Source: Tubulanus polymorphus (taxonomy: Eukaryota > Animalia > Nemertea). Taken from it: DNA of 64,000 bases. The DNA lies in contig NC_134025.1 of assembly GCF_964204645.1 (NCBI RefSeq), positions 29,058,299 through 29,122,298 of the forward strand, written 5' to 3'. The notes under the pieces are model-generated. The model worked only from the letters and a program-made list of their open reading frames with translations, was not told where the DNA came from and ran no database searches. Below are positions 1 through 12,272 of the stretch, one piece after another (position 1 is the first letter of the stretch; each line of letters opens with the position of its first letter). A program made the translations under genes and the position numbers.

Positions 1-963
1 TTCTGTCTCAGGTTTTCGATTCCATTAGTGTCGGAAGGATGTCGTACACACTTTTAACAACCGACGACGTAAAAGTCGATACCTTATACCTATACAGCGT
101 CCTACACGTACAAAACATCGCCGGAAAAACTCAATTCTCTCAATTTTTAGGCCTGCGTTTGATAATAGAACTATTCAAATCACTCTCCGTCACATTAAAG
201 GAAGCAAACGAAATTGAAATCAATCGGTTTTTGAAAGTTGAATTGTTGTTTATCTGTCAACGATAAAGAACGCTGTCGTTAACTGTGGCCTGTAGTTATT
301 GGTTATGTGTTGTTGCCTCTTGGCGTTTTCGACACGGCGTAAATATGATTTGATTAACTAGATTTATTACAATAAACGACGGAAAGGGACTGGAATTCCC
401 TGGAGTAAAATGCATCAAGTCCAACTACATCAGTATAACATCGGTAGAATTGACTTCGAGTAAGAAGACTAAGTGATACTTATCACACACTGAAACGATC
501 TCGAACGTGTTTATTAGCATCGCGGGCGCAGTTAATGTATCAAATGTCCAAGTAGTTGATCCCGTGGGTTAGTTTTATAAAGGCACGGCTACGGATGCTC
601 TATGTGCAATCTATACGGAAGAAATGACTCCGCAATTTCATAAACTAACAGTGATTTATCTTTGAACACCGACTCCGGATTATCACCGTAACCATATTCA
701 ACGGTTTTTCGAAATTCTTTTAAGACGCGTTCTTTTTGTAAAAGTAGTGTAACGTAAGTTTCTAGCCCTATTCCGGACACTGCTGGTGTAAGATTATTCT
801 GGAATTAGTTCGTTTCTGGTAAATACTTGATTTTGAAGTAATATCACGTATCGGCGAGATTGCCTTGAGATTATTAGGGTAACGAGAAGTTTTGTCAACA
901 ATACACAGTTTTTATTATAAAGATGGCAACTGAATACTAATTAGGCACGCGCCTGATATACGT

Positions 964-1105
964 CATCCTCCCTCTGCAGGGACTCGAACCTGATAGCATC
1001 GCTACACTCAGCCACGGCACGAACCCCTGCATCAGTAGACCGGGTGCGCAGGTACATGCGCAGCTTTTCGAACGAAAACTGGCGGCACCAATCAGATTGC
1101 TCGTT
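964..1105 (-). repeat. tRNA-derived (SINE-like) repeat, copy 1
   Basis: Minus strand reads ...GTGCCGTGGC...ATCAGGTTCGAGTCCCTGCAGAGGGAGGATG, with a pol III B-box GGTTCGAGTCC at 980-990. It is an imperfect reverse complement of 1166-1306. Confidence 0.6.
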
Positions 1106-1165
1106 GTATAATCGTTGAGGCAAATTTCAAGGAAGAACTATAAATGGGAAAACCCGGGCTAAAAT

Positions 1166-1306
1166 AAAACGGGATTTCTGATTGGCTAAAAATCACATCA
1201 TCTGAACTGCGCATGTATCTGCGCACACGGTCGATTATGGCAGGGTTTCTTCGTGCCGTGGCAATCTCGATGCCATTAGGTTCGAATCCCTGCCGGGGGA
1301 GGATGG
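1166..1306 (+). repeat. tRNA-derived (SINE-like) repeat, copy 2
   Basis: ...GTGCCGTGGC...ATTAGGTTCGAATCCCTGCCGGGGGGAGGATG, with B-box GGTTCGAATCC at 1279-1289. Same family as 964-1105 and 41938-42020. Confidence 0.6.
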
Positions 1307-2593
1307 ATATACGTACGTACTCATTTGTAAACAATGTTCTTCTTTTAGTCAGCGTTCATAGAAAAAAACCCGTATTCGCTGTCACGTGTTGAGAAGAGAT
1401 TTAAATTGACGGTTTCGCGGCGAGGTTTATCATTATAACCAGCTCGCTCTTGACTTAAATCCGTGAAATCACTCGGAAATGATTATATTTCGACGGTGAT
1501 TCATCTTTTGAATCTTGGCTCGGATACAAATCGAAAGCCTGTACGACTGTGATATCAAAGATTCTCATATAGTTAAGAATGTTATCTAATTTTATGCCCA
1601 ACGATTTTTCGTGCGTTGAATCCAGCGATTCGACGTCTTTGCCATCGTTTATCCTTTTTTCATTCATTCTAGTGCGATGAAACGCATCCCGTAGAAAATG
1701 GATTTGAAGCCGATTCCATTTCTAGTCAGTATAGTGTTAACGACTTAACTCCACAAAACCCAATCTCCGAATCCGATTAGTAGTGATTCATAACATGAAC
1801 AAACAAAAACCATGAATGTATAAGACGAACAACGAACACCGAAGACAAAAATTGAGAATAAAACAGAGGTTGAAGCTTCCATAGCACAGGTTTGACTTAT
1901 TATCAAAATAAACATTAGAATGCCATCGAGGATGCGCCCCATAACAAATCGATATAGAATGAAAAAAGGCTATGATGGCTGAGTGGATATTCAATCAACT
2001 GAGATGACCAGTTGTGATTTATCATATCAGAGTAGATAAACATGAAGCCACCATTACATTAATGGGAATTCAATCACACTGATAACATCATCTTATTCCG
2101 ACATATATGGGCAAGAATTAATAATCTAAGGGTATGTCACCAGTATCTCTAAACCTATATTTACCCAGACCTCTTCGCGTGTTTTTCGAAGGTCGTATTG
2201 CTTTTTAATTTCACGATGATATTGATATATGAAAAATCTTTACGTTCTCGTAGTAGCCTTCGTAAATAAAACACGCGATAAACCTCTCAATTTTTCTATC
2301 GAATCACGTAATATTGATATTAATGAAACTATTTGATTCGGAAGGCGTTTAGATGCGTAATACTGAATGGATGATACTCATTTCGTGTGTTCTTAACTAT
2401 GAAGATGTAGTTCTCGCGAGCTTATGGATTTTGAATAGGTAATTAAACAATAATTACTGGTAATCTAATTGATACGTTAATTAATCCGGCTGATGGACTT
2501 CAGCGACAACTTCACAATCAACGACTGTTCAATTTGTTTGGCGTTTAATCACGTCATACGCAACGTAAATCTAACGTAATCCGTCATTATCCG

Positions 2594-2601
2594 TGACGTC
2601 A
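2594..2601. promoter_or_regulatory. CRE palindrome TGACGTCA upstream of the small secreted protein gene
   Basis: Perfect TGACGTCA about 170 bp before ATG 2769, within a cluster of ACGT cores (2550-2601). Motif match only. Confidence 0.3.
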
Positions 2602-2768
2602 TTTCAATTTCTTATCAATTGGCTCGGAGAGACTTTTTTGATATAGTACAAGCGAAACGTAAGAATAACCACGGAATTCCGATGATGGAAGGTTTTACGA
2701 AACTTGTATAGAAATTGCCAGCCAGTGATTCGTAGCTAATCTATATCGTAAATGAAGAAACGGTGGAT

Positions 2769-3774
2769 ATGATTTCAAGTTTTCTTATTCTTCTTATTTG
2801 CGCTGTTGTAACGCGAGGTAAGTCTATACTCCTCTCATTCGCTCAAATTCGACTCTACGATAACAAAAGCCCTCGGCTTTTATTTCTACTTTCCTTTCCG
2901 ATGCCCCACATTGCGGTGTCACATTTATAGGAGTGGTTGCTCTTCGCCTCCTCTTTGCATTTTTCGTAGGCAGAGTTGGGAAGTTCATATCTGCCTATGT
3001 GTGTACGGGGATAAATTCACTTTGACGTTTGTAAATTTGATTTATTTTCCTCAATACCATAAGAGGTAGCTTGTTACCGGGATGAAATGTTCTAACGCGA
3101 TAACCGTTCAATATATACCACGACGGTGGGTAAATTCAATTTCACCCGAAATGACAGCGAACTGAACACTCCTATTACGAACGAATTCGAATAAATACGA
3201 TGAAAATATCGGAGAGTCGCCGAGGTTTGCTAATTGCTCTAGAATTCAGTGATTGATAATCTATACATATATTAGTGAAAGATGATCGAGTCTTAATACA
3301 GAATCTACGAAAGCGTCCTGGAGACATTTGGAAAAAGATTTCGAGGTTGATTCCGAGTAGGCAACTCGGAATAAAGTAGTTTTCCTAGTTAAAGTGATTT
3401 TTGGAGGTTTATTCCTAACTTCGACATTTTTCTTTAGATATATAATTATGTCCCCAGGACGCTTCCGCCAGAATCCATCATTTACACTGAATATCATTCT
3501 TCATCGCACGTGAAATGAATTATTTTTCGTAGGTTCCGCGGCTAAATGGACGATGGGTAGCGGTACGTGTAAACAGATTGTACGTACCAAATATCTGATA
3601 TCGGTGGCACAATGTATAAACGCTTGCGAAGCCGGTCAAGACCCGTTTTATTCAGATAACCAGTGTACCGGCTTCATTTACGATGGGTTTTACTGCAAAA
3701 ACGTGAAATACTGTGAACTACGCAGTTCTGGCACCTCCAAGATTTATTACAAGACCATAGGTAAAGATGAATAG
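2769..3774 (+). CDS. Small secreted cysteine-rich protein, PAN/apple-like (96 aa; exons 2769-2817, 3533-3774)
   Basis: Exon 1 ATG 2769 encodes hydrophobic MISSFLILLICAVVTR and ends G|gtaagt. Acceptor tttttcgtag|3533 joins in phase 1, in frame with ORF 3553-3774. Product: MISSFLILLICAVVTRGSAAKWTMGSGTCKQIVRTKYLISVAQCINACEAGQDPFYSDNQCTGFIYDGFYCKNVKYCELRSSGTSKIYYKTIGKDE. Six mature-region Cys, including CxxxC...CxGFxY...C as in PAN/apple domains. Confidence 0.75.
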
Positions 3775-4067
3775 CATACAACTACATTTCGATGTAACTT
3801 TTTTCCATTTAACTATAAATTGCCTGTTGATATCTGATAAGCTAAAAATCTTGGACTACAGCCTTGAAGTAGCATTTGGAAAGGTGAGTTTATCACATTC
3901 ATTGAAATGAACATCTTAATTGGTTCAATACACTGTTTTTATCTTATCTTTGCAAACACGGTTTTCAAACACATTTACGAAGGTAAAACATATATCGAAG
4001 TAGGGTATATGCTTCGATACAAGTCATATTGCTCCGTTTGCAAAATTGAGTGTCTACTGTAATTACG

Positions 4068-6230
4068 ATGTTATTTTGTGTTTTTGCGACTCTAAGCTTG
4101 CTCGCACGAGCTCGGATAGATGCTGAAAATACCGCGTTTTCAAAATGGGATCCTCAACATTGTCCCCAAGACATCAGACCTATCGACGTACTACCAGGAA
4201 AAGGTTGGGACAATCTTCAAAACAGACCACTCGGACAAATACTGTCGTTGAATTTCTCCAGATGTCGCCTCAGTTACGATAGAGCTTACATGATACCGGA
4301 TAATGTGGATGTTTCTCCATCGCGTGTGAGTCAGGTGGACGTTTACGCCGAAACGATTAAACACTGGTCACAGTATCAAAGTACCACTTCGAAAGGCATC
4401 AACGTCGGAGCGGAAATGATGTTTAAGCCGCTGGGTAAGATCTCCGGATCTTATTCGGACGATTTTCAACGGAATAAACTTCATTACGTCAATCGAAAAT
4501 CGTTCACAACGAGGCTACAACTACGCCATGAAATCTATGACGTCGCGGCGGAAGTGAATTCTCCTCTACATCCGGTTTTTAAATCGCGTCTACTCGAAAT
4601 AGCGTCCCATTTACAGGCTGGGGATTTGAGAACTGCGAACTTTTTGTCGCAACTGCTGGTCAGGGATTACGGGACTCATGTTATTACAGAAGTTACCGCG
4701 GGTGCTGCACTCATCCAGGAAGATAGGCTACTAAATTCGTTTTCGCTAGGTGGCGGTGGTATCGTCTCAGAAAGTACAATAGCTGCTGCAGCTGGTGCCA
4801 CATTCTTCGGTAAACTATCAATCGGCGGTAATACCACGCATAAAACCGGAATTTCGGACACGACCTTGACCTATTACCTGACCAACCGTACCAGTTCTAG
4901 TTTCGGCGTCATAGGTGGCGCTCCGTTCGATTATACGAAAACAGTTGACGAATGGCGGCAAACGATCCCGACTAATCTAGCGGCAATAAATCGAAATGGA
5001 GAACCGATGTTCAGTTTGGTGAACAGATATAATTTACCGAGACTTCCAGCGACGACAATAAAAGACCTTCAAAATTGTGTACAAGACGCCGTGAAACAAT
5101 ACTACATCCATAACGCCCACTTCGGCTGTTTAGACAGTAATTCTAAACATTTCGATGTCAGAGCAAATATCGGACCGGACAACGAATGCGCAGAAAACAA
5201 AAATAATTTTACGTTTGGTGGAATTTATCAAAAATGCATCGGCGCTACTTGCGACGGACTGACGCAAGTTAATCCTAAAACGGGTAATTACACGTGCCCC
5301 GACGGGTTCCAGTCCGTTCTGCTATACTCAGGGGCTCGACGAGCGTGTCTACGAAAATGCGAACGATCGTTTCTATTCTTTAAACATTGTTATGACGATT
5401 GTACGATCGTACAAGACGACCAGAATACGAGATACGGTATCTACTGGTGTTCGCCGATATCCGGTGTTCAACAAAACAGCGGATATCTTTTCGGCGGTAT
5501 CTATAATTACATGAATAATAATCTACTGACGAAAGATCAAAGCTGCCCCGAAAATTTCTATCCGTTGAATTTCGGTCCCGGTACCACGATCTGCCTCAGT
5601 GACGACCAAGAACTCGCTAAATCGAGCTCAGTCTCTTTCGGTGGTTTTTTTAGTTGCAAATCAGGCAACCCATTGAGTATCAATGAAAATAAAATGCTCG
5701 GAGTATCGGCCGTCCCGGATCTGGCCACGTATTTTCGCGACAACAAAGCGTCGCTGTGGCCGAAACGTTGCCCCAGTGGTTTCAACCAACATTTAGCAGC
5801 TATCGTCGATTCGTGTGAGATCATGTACTGCGTCAAAGCGTTAACGTTCGTTTCGGAAACTCTACCGCCATTAAATCGTCCGCCTTATTCCAGCATGCCA
5901 TCTATGATTAACAACGGTAGTCTTATCTTGTTCACTCGTTCGCAACGGATTCTTTACAAGAAGAATGCCGGTTCCGATTGGGAAGAATCTTCGCCGGAAC
6001 GAGTTGGTATTATACACCAAGGATCATTAGCTTCTGATGATGCGACGACGACCGTTCAGCCCGGTGTAACTGCCGCCCTCACTATTGCCTGTACGTGTCT
6101 GATAGCTGTGATGGTGGCTGCAATCGTGTTCGGTGTACGCAAATTTCGAAGGAATTCTCGTCAACAACCCCATCATTCACTCCCGAATCAGCATTACAGA
6201 GCTAGCGAACAAACTGTATCAATTGAATAG
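4068..6230 (+). CDS. MPEG1: Macrophage-expressed gene 1 / perforin-2 (MACPF + P2 domain + TM), intronless
   Basis: First ATG at 4068 gives a signal peptide. MPEG1 hallmarks present: VLPGKGWDNL, YGTHVITEVTAGA (MACPF signature), NFTFGGIYQ, NPKTGNYTCP, SGYLFGG, FGGFFSC, CPSGFNQHLA, a C-terminal TM helix and a short basic cytosolic tail. Confidence 0.95.
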   Translation: MLFCVFATLSLLARARIDAENTAFSKWDPQHCPQDIRPIDVLPGKGWDNLQNRPLGQILSLNFSRCRLSYDRAYMIPDNVDVSPSRVSQVDVYAETIKHWSQYQSTTSKGINVGAEMMFKPLGKISGSYSDDFQRNKLHYVNRKSFTTRLQLRHEIYDVAAEVNSPLHPVFKSRLLEIASHLQAGDLRTANFLSQLLVRDYGTHVITEVTAGAALIQEDRLLNSFSLGGGGIVSESTIAAAAGATFFGKLSIGGNTTHKTGISDTTLTYYLTNRTSSSFGVIGGAPFDYTKTVDEWRQTIPTNLAAINRNGEPMFSLVNRYNLPRLPATTIKDLQNCVQDAVKQYYIHNAHFGCLDSNSKHFDVRANIGPDNECAENKNNFTFGGIYQKCIGATCDGLTQVNPKTGNYTCPDGFQSVLLYSGARRACLRKCERSFLFFKHCYDDCTIVQDDQNTRYGIYWCSPISGVQQNSGYLFGGIYNYMNNNLLTKDQSCPENFYPLNFGPGTTICLSDDQELAKSSSVSFGGFFSCKSGNPLSINENKMLGVSAVPDLATYFRDNKASLWPKRCPSGFNQHLAAIVDSCEIMYCVKALTFVSETLPPLNRPPYSSMPSMINNGSLILFTRSQRILYKKNAGSDWEESSPERVGIIHQGSLASDDATTTVQPGVTAALTIACTCLIAVMVAAIVFGVRKFRRNSRQQPHHSLPNQHYRASEQTVSIE

Positions 6231-7232
6231 AATGATCCCTTTCTCAACTGAAATTATAATCATTATCATTCATTGATTCATCTTAGACCAATAGAACTTG
6301 TCCAGCGGTTAAACAGTCCTATATGCGTAAGCGCATTGTAGACTCCGCCTTCATCGGCGTTTGGGCTGTAAATATTTCACTGCCGAGATTAGGGTCAGTT
6401 TGAAGGATTAATGAAATCAACGAAAATTCTTAGTAAATTTCAGTTAGATAAATGGTTTACCAGTCACTGGTGTATCAAATATAATTTCAAGATTTCGTTG
6501 ATATTTATTTCAGTTATTGAATGATGAATGAATGAATTTATAACATCTTTTTTCAATCGATAGTATTATCAGATATTATTCGAGCGTTGTTCCGCCATTT
6601 ATTTTACAGCAAGAAAATAAATAGCCGTTCTAATGCATGAGTCAAGATCTGTAATTACGCTTTCGAACCGTAACCGACATGAATTTCAACACAGATTTCA
6701 GTAATCGCTTGAAAGACTTCAAATAAGTATTAATACCGTTTTATGTTTTATGTGAACAGCTAAGGGGTAACATATCGGTCACGTTCCACGCACACAGAAG
6801 AATACGAGATATTGAATTGCGGTATTCAAATTCTATAGACTGCGCGTAGCAATTTGGAAAAAAACGGCGACAAATCGATATTGAATTACCCATTTACATG
6901 AGTACAAGAAAGAACATTTAGAAAAAAAAACATGGAAGATTATTTACATTTTAACAGTGAGCGGTACAGGCCTACCGCGTATATTCCGGGGTTTTGAAAA
7001 ATTGAATAATATTTCCATACTTAAACATTGTATTTACCAACGGACATCCCACGTGTAGAATAAGCGACAGATCGGTAAACAGTTCTAATTGGACAGAACA
7101 AATAAAATGGTTTCACCAATATTTGCAAATATCGAACAATCTATAATATATCGTAAAACACAGGGATATAAACATCTGAAATTGGGTAGAGCACGATGAC
7201 CATTAACGAAACACTCTCTTCGTGTCGTACCA

Positions 7233-7564
7233 ATATAGAATCCCTCACTCAGAAACTGATATAGAATCCCTCACTCAGAAAGTGATATAGAATCCCTCAC
7301 TCAGAAACTTATATAGAATCCCTCACTCAGAGAGTGATATAGAATCCCTCACTCAGAAACTTATATAGAATCCCTCACTCAGAGAGTGATATAGAATCCC
7401 TCACTCAGAAACTGATATAGAATCCCTCAATCAGAAAGTGATATAGAATCCCTCACTCAGAAACTTATATAGAATCCCTCACTCAGAGAGTGATATAGAA
7501 TCCCTCACTCAGAAACTGATATAGAATCCCTCAATCAGAAAGTGATATAGAATCCATCATTCAG
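7233..7564. repeat. 26-bp minisatellite, about 12.7 copies of ATATAGAATCCCTCACTCAGAAACTG
   Basis: Directly visible tandem array. Variant unit ends (ACTG/AGTG/ACTT/GAGTG) occur in a periodic order. Confidence 0.97.
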
Positions 7565-8826
7565 TAAAGCAAGACCGAAAAGTTTTCGTTCAAGGTTATG
7601 ATCTATCATCGACGTTTCAGCTATATCCTGTCTACAGGCATAATAAGGTTACAGCAAAATTATGGCATATCAAAACAATCCACATCAGAGCAGGCGCGGA
7701 ACCAGGATTTTTGCCGAAACATCATACAAAACATTAAAAACATCGTAAAAACATCATAAAAACAGTTACTTTTCAGACTCGTTTTTCTTTCCGAATGTGA
7801 GATTTTATTCAATATACTTTAATAAGTCAGTTCCCCAATCAGTTCGCTGAGATTTCAAGACTCGACAAGCAATGCCGTAATGTACATGATCTGAATCTTT
7901 GACGGTGGGTCAAAAAATTAAATGATTAGTTGTTCATGACAACGAAATCCCTTAACGAGTAAATTTGAATATCGTTTCAACAGAATTGAGACTTGTAGAT
8001 TAATTGATTATGTAAATCGCATAGAATACAATCAATCTATAGGTCTGATCGAGGATTATACGTAACATGTATAAAAGCGATCAGCTCAATTAAACTGCTG
8101 CTGTTTCGACGTGTAGAAAAACTTGTTGTATATAAAGCGTTAGCGACGGTAGCGACCTATTAGTAGTATAGTAGGGTCTCGATCGAATCGTAAACCAGGT
8201 CCGTGTGATCGCGCGTCGTCTTTTTCTTGGCAACATTAGACGGTGACTGATTGTGACACTCGTGGCGCCCCTAGTTACCACTTCAGTGTCATATACACGG
8301 AAAACTGTTGATTGTCATTTGCAGTATCGGACATCAGTACATTATTTCCACTATTTCTCAGTGGTTGCAGGTGAGTGTCTGTATGTAAGAAATATTATCA
8401 AAAAAGTAATCAGTCATTTGAAATAGCCATTCGAAAGTTTATACGCGAAGTAAAAACGAAAAAAAAAGTTAAGAGCGAATGTGACTTTCACTGAATATCG
8501 TCTCGTCACTATATACCACTTGAGGCGAAAACTTGATTCGAGATCGAGAGCTATTGATATAATATCTTTCTTCTGAAAACAGTTTTGCCTTCCTACTGGT
8601 TTTAGCTATTTCACTACTGCGAGATGTTTGCGATCGCGTGTCAATTGGCTAATAATATTGAATTCGTTACACGTGTATACCATATCACATCATATACCGG
8701 GAAATTTCATGTATATATCATCACTACTGCTGAAACTATCTTGAGCAGGTTTCATTATTAGTTCGACAATAGTTCAATTCAGCTCTATATTATTACGCTT
8801 TGAGAGTTATTGGTCGAATACGTATT

Positions 8827-8844
8827 GGTTGCTAAGGACGCGAA
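8827..8844 (+). promoter_or_regulatory. RFX X-box-like motif GGTTGCTAAGGACGCGAA
   Basis: Matches the X-box half-site type (GTTGCTA-GGA). The identical 18-mer occurs inverted at 10399-10416. Lies upstream of the ciliary gene ODF3. Confidence 0.55.
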
Positions 8845-10398
8845 AGGCGCAGTCACACATAATATATGCTCGAACTGATTTCACTCGATGTATAAATAAA
8901 TACAACTAAAAGCCTGTTATCGGAGATATGTAATATTGATTGCTGTCAATAAGGTTAGTACAAACTCATTTTATCACACGTGCAATATAACCACTTACGG
9001 ACGAACGATCTTAGATATGAAATGAAATAAATTATATTCGCATCGATTTACCTGTATATTTCAAGAGAAAATGTTTCAAGAGCTCTTTTGAACAGTTTGT
9101 AGAAAACGCAATATCATATCGTTATTCTATATTGATATAAGCATCGATAATCACCTAGACCGTTCAGATCTCAAATCATGATTTGAAATTAATTGAAATA
9201 AGTTAACCAAAGTCGAATCTTAAGCTAGAAAAGTATAACTGAGCTCAGCTTTCTAGTGAAACTGTCGATAGTGTCACTCGATATGGCTCATCCATCTCTA
9301 CTACGATCCATCAAATCGTTCTATTATCGTTCAATGAAAAACAATTAATTATTAATAAAAACTACATGTATGATTAGTATATTGAACGGCTACACAACAT
9401 GGATATTTGGTACTAATTGTATGCAAACTATAAGAATAAAGAGATACTAGGTAATGAGTGATACTAGAGTTTTAACGTTTACAGATAAGCAAGGCGTTAA
9501 CGGGATTTCTCTCTTATTCATCTTACACGGATATTGTGTATCTTCTCGACTTATAAATAAGGCTTCGATATCTATCTCTCATAAACTGTACTACCTTAAA
9601 AATGCGCTATCAAAATTTCAATGAAACATATTCCAGAACTTTCCCACTAAATGCATTGAATTTTCGAGTATCGAAGTCAAACTTGATCTATATATTAACT
9701 CTTTGAAAAGCATTTTAATTACGAGAGAATTCTCTCGTCCGTTGTAACGGTGTCTACTGGTTTTCATACCGTGCGACACATTATTCTTCAACGCTGTAAG
9801 AATAAAAAGTGATTAAATTGTAAATTTATAGTTGTCTTGTGTTTACATACAGCTGTTGTGCGGGGTAACGATATTATATCAAACATCAAAGATTTCATCG
9901 ACTTCACGTTTAATCTGATAATTAAGTAACTATGGCAATCAATTAACGTTATTTACGCTGTTTCATATAAAACAAGACCAAGAAAACATGTCTTTAGGAA
10001 GAGAACTTCACTGTTCTGGTAAATTCCTTTCGAGGAGGGCATGTCATTTTATGAGAGATTTCTAATAAAGAAATCTGTTGATAACCTTATGCGCTACTTC
10101 GTAATAAACTCAAGTCATGTAATAAGATATCGAGGAGTTATGTAATGGGCTAATCGGGTTGGTTTCATGTCAGATCACTTAGTTGAATATAGATCGTTAT
10201 TCGTTCCTCGCTGAATTCGTTGTCTACGGTTTAATTCGGCGCTAGAATTCTACCGTACGCATCAATAAAGACAGCTTTCACAAACAGGATATGAACGGTA
10301 AATAATTAACGAGGAATCGGCTTTTCACTCAGTCGGACCGGTAGTGACGTATAAAAAGAGAATCATAAACCGTTTACCGTGACTTCATAATCCAGTGG

Positions 10399-10416
10399 TT
10401 CGCGTCCTTAGCAACC
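10399..10416 (-). promoter_or_regulatory. RFX X-box-like motif (reverse complement of 8827-8844)
   Basis: TTCGCGTCCTTAGCAACC lies about 135 bp upstream of the ODF3-1 ATG. Confidence 0.6.
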
Positions 10417-10549
10417 TTTAACTACTAGAACAGTAGAGTAAACAATCACCAGTCAAACGACGTTAATTTGGTCAACAAGTGTTCTCGGACGCGCTGAAGG
10501 GCTGATATTTAATACGTATTCATTTGTGTGATTTTAGGATTTATAGAAA

Positions 10550-11903
10550 ATGGCCAATAAGACGATACCAAGGTGTCCACCGGCTGCTGCCTACGGTACA
10601 AGCCCTGGACCCGGTAAATACGGTCTCCCAGGAATAATTGGTCGACGAGATCATGACCCGAGGAGTGTCCACTTTAAAGGACCCGGTTGGGTGTTTGGAA
10701 CCAAGCACGGTAAATTCAGAGATGATTGTAGCCCTGGCCCGAAGTACGATCCGGGACGACAAACCCGTCACGGAGGCGACGGCGCTCAGAAATATTCGCT
10801 TTACAGCCGAGCACGCGATCCTTCGACATTCAAGACGCCGGGAGCAGGGGCTTACCGCCCGGAGGAGCACTGTGCCGTTTATCACAAAGCACCTATCTTC
10901 AGTTTCGGTTCCAGACATAGATCCCGAAGGACAGATGATACACCAGGTAAATTGAATTTGGTATAAGAGAAAAGTAACAATTTTCGGAACGATTTTCGGA
11001 ATACAACCTGATCGATATCCAGCTAAATATATGTATTTCATTTATGTATAACAGGACCAAACCGATATTCATTGCCAAACATGTTGGGTAAAACACCGCA
11101 GTCAAACAAAGTATCAATGCCAGGATATTCACTATCGGGACGCAGTAAACAAGGAAGCTTCCACGAGGATTTAACCCACGTAAGTGTAAATGGTCGTTCG
11201 AATATCTAATCGAAGTTGAAACAATATAAATCAATTTATAAAACACCATCGCTTACATATATTTCACAGACGCCAGGACCAGGAACGTATAAGATCACGA
11301 ATCCAGATATATTCAAGGATGCGTTACCTAGATATTCGATGATTGGTAGAAACTCAATGCCTGGAGACACAACGACGAAACCAGGACCAGGTGCCCACTC
11401 CCCTGAAACTGTGAGTATATATCTACATAGTGTAAATATAGACCTAGAATCATAGACAATACCTTCAGTCGCTTTGCTTTTGTGTACTCAGATCTTAAAT
11501 GCAATATATATATCCTAAGCTCTAATTCTACGTATCAGCAACTTATACATGTGTATCTATTATCTATATTCGTAGTCTACCCATACTTATCATATCGTGT
11601 ATCGTAAATCTATTAATTTCTCCGCTAAAAAGGCTTTCTAAATACCTTTTGAATATGTGTGAAAAAATGGATCCAGTTCCATCAGAGGCTCAAAAATAAT
11701 CCAACTATAAACAGTCAAATAAGGAACAGACTGTAGAACCGGGTCTTGGATATTCACACACATTGCACGCTCTATGCTTATGACTATATTAGAAAACATA
11801 TTTTAAATAGGTTCGAGTTAACAAACGAGATGCACCAAAATTCTCGTTCGGTACCCGCCATTCTGAATATGTTGCTCCGCTTATAATCGAAGTGAAGGAT
11901 TAG
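10550..11903 (+). CDS. ODF3: ODF3/CIMAP1-family SHIPPO-repeat ciliary microtubule protein, paralog 1, proximal-last-exon isoform (251 aa; exons 10550-10946, 11055-11179, 11270-11410, 11811-11903)
   Basis: Repeated SPGP/TPGPGxY...FSFG.RH SHIPPO motifs. All junctions are GT-AG and in frame. Last exon VRVNKRDAPKFSFGTRHSEYVAPLIIEVKD*, with AATAAA at 12201. Confidence 0.9.
11669..11745. mobile_element. Degenerate mini-MITE (GGATCCAGTTCCA...CTGTAGAACCGGGTC)
   Basis: Ends resemble the TIRs of the 24034-24148 element. Confidence 0.4.
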
Positions 11904-12272
11904 CCGTGTTTAGGTATGTATGAATAGATAAATCCCGCATTGCTAAGAAATATTTTAGCAGAACATCGAAATCTCGTAGTATCTTATTGTTATTTTTCGT
12001 TTTTGTTGTTAACTGTCTATACATTTGAATTGAGCTAAACCACAAAAATAGAAGAAAAAACTATGAGATCAATTTAACGTTTCGAGTCTAATTCTATGAA
12101 TTGTGAAAGAAGGCTCATAATATTTGCGCCTTAACGTCAAACTTCTCTTATAGTTTTTGTCTTCATCAATTCGAGACTGCATCTTTTCGTTAATTTCAAA
12201 AATAAAGATAATGATACTGAAATCCATGAAAATGAGACACTGAAAATTGATTTTGATTGGATTTTTTTTCAG

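Noticed and set aside
964-1306. Functional tRNA genes
   Set aside because: B-boxes are present, but I could not build a cloverleaf with a proper acceptor stem and anticodon arm, and the copies are mutually diverged.
39-1994. Short ORFs at 39-266, 589-780, 1455-1667 and 1745-1994 as genes
   Set aside because: No recognisable domains and no consistent splice chain found. A degenerate gene cannot be excluded without blastx.
7233-7564. CRISPR-like array
   Set aside because: Units are contiguous with no unique spacers, the context is eukaryotic, and there are no cas genes. It is a minisatellite.
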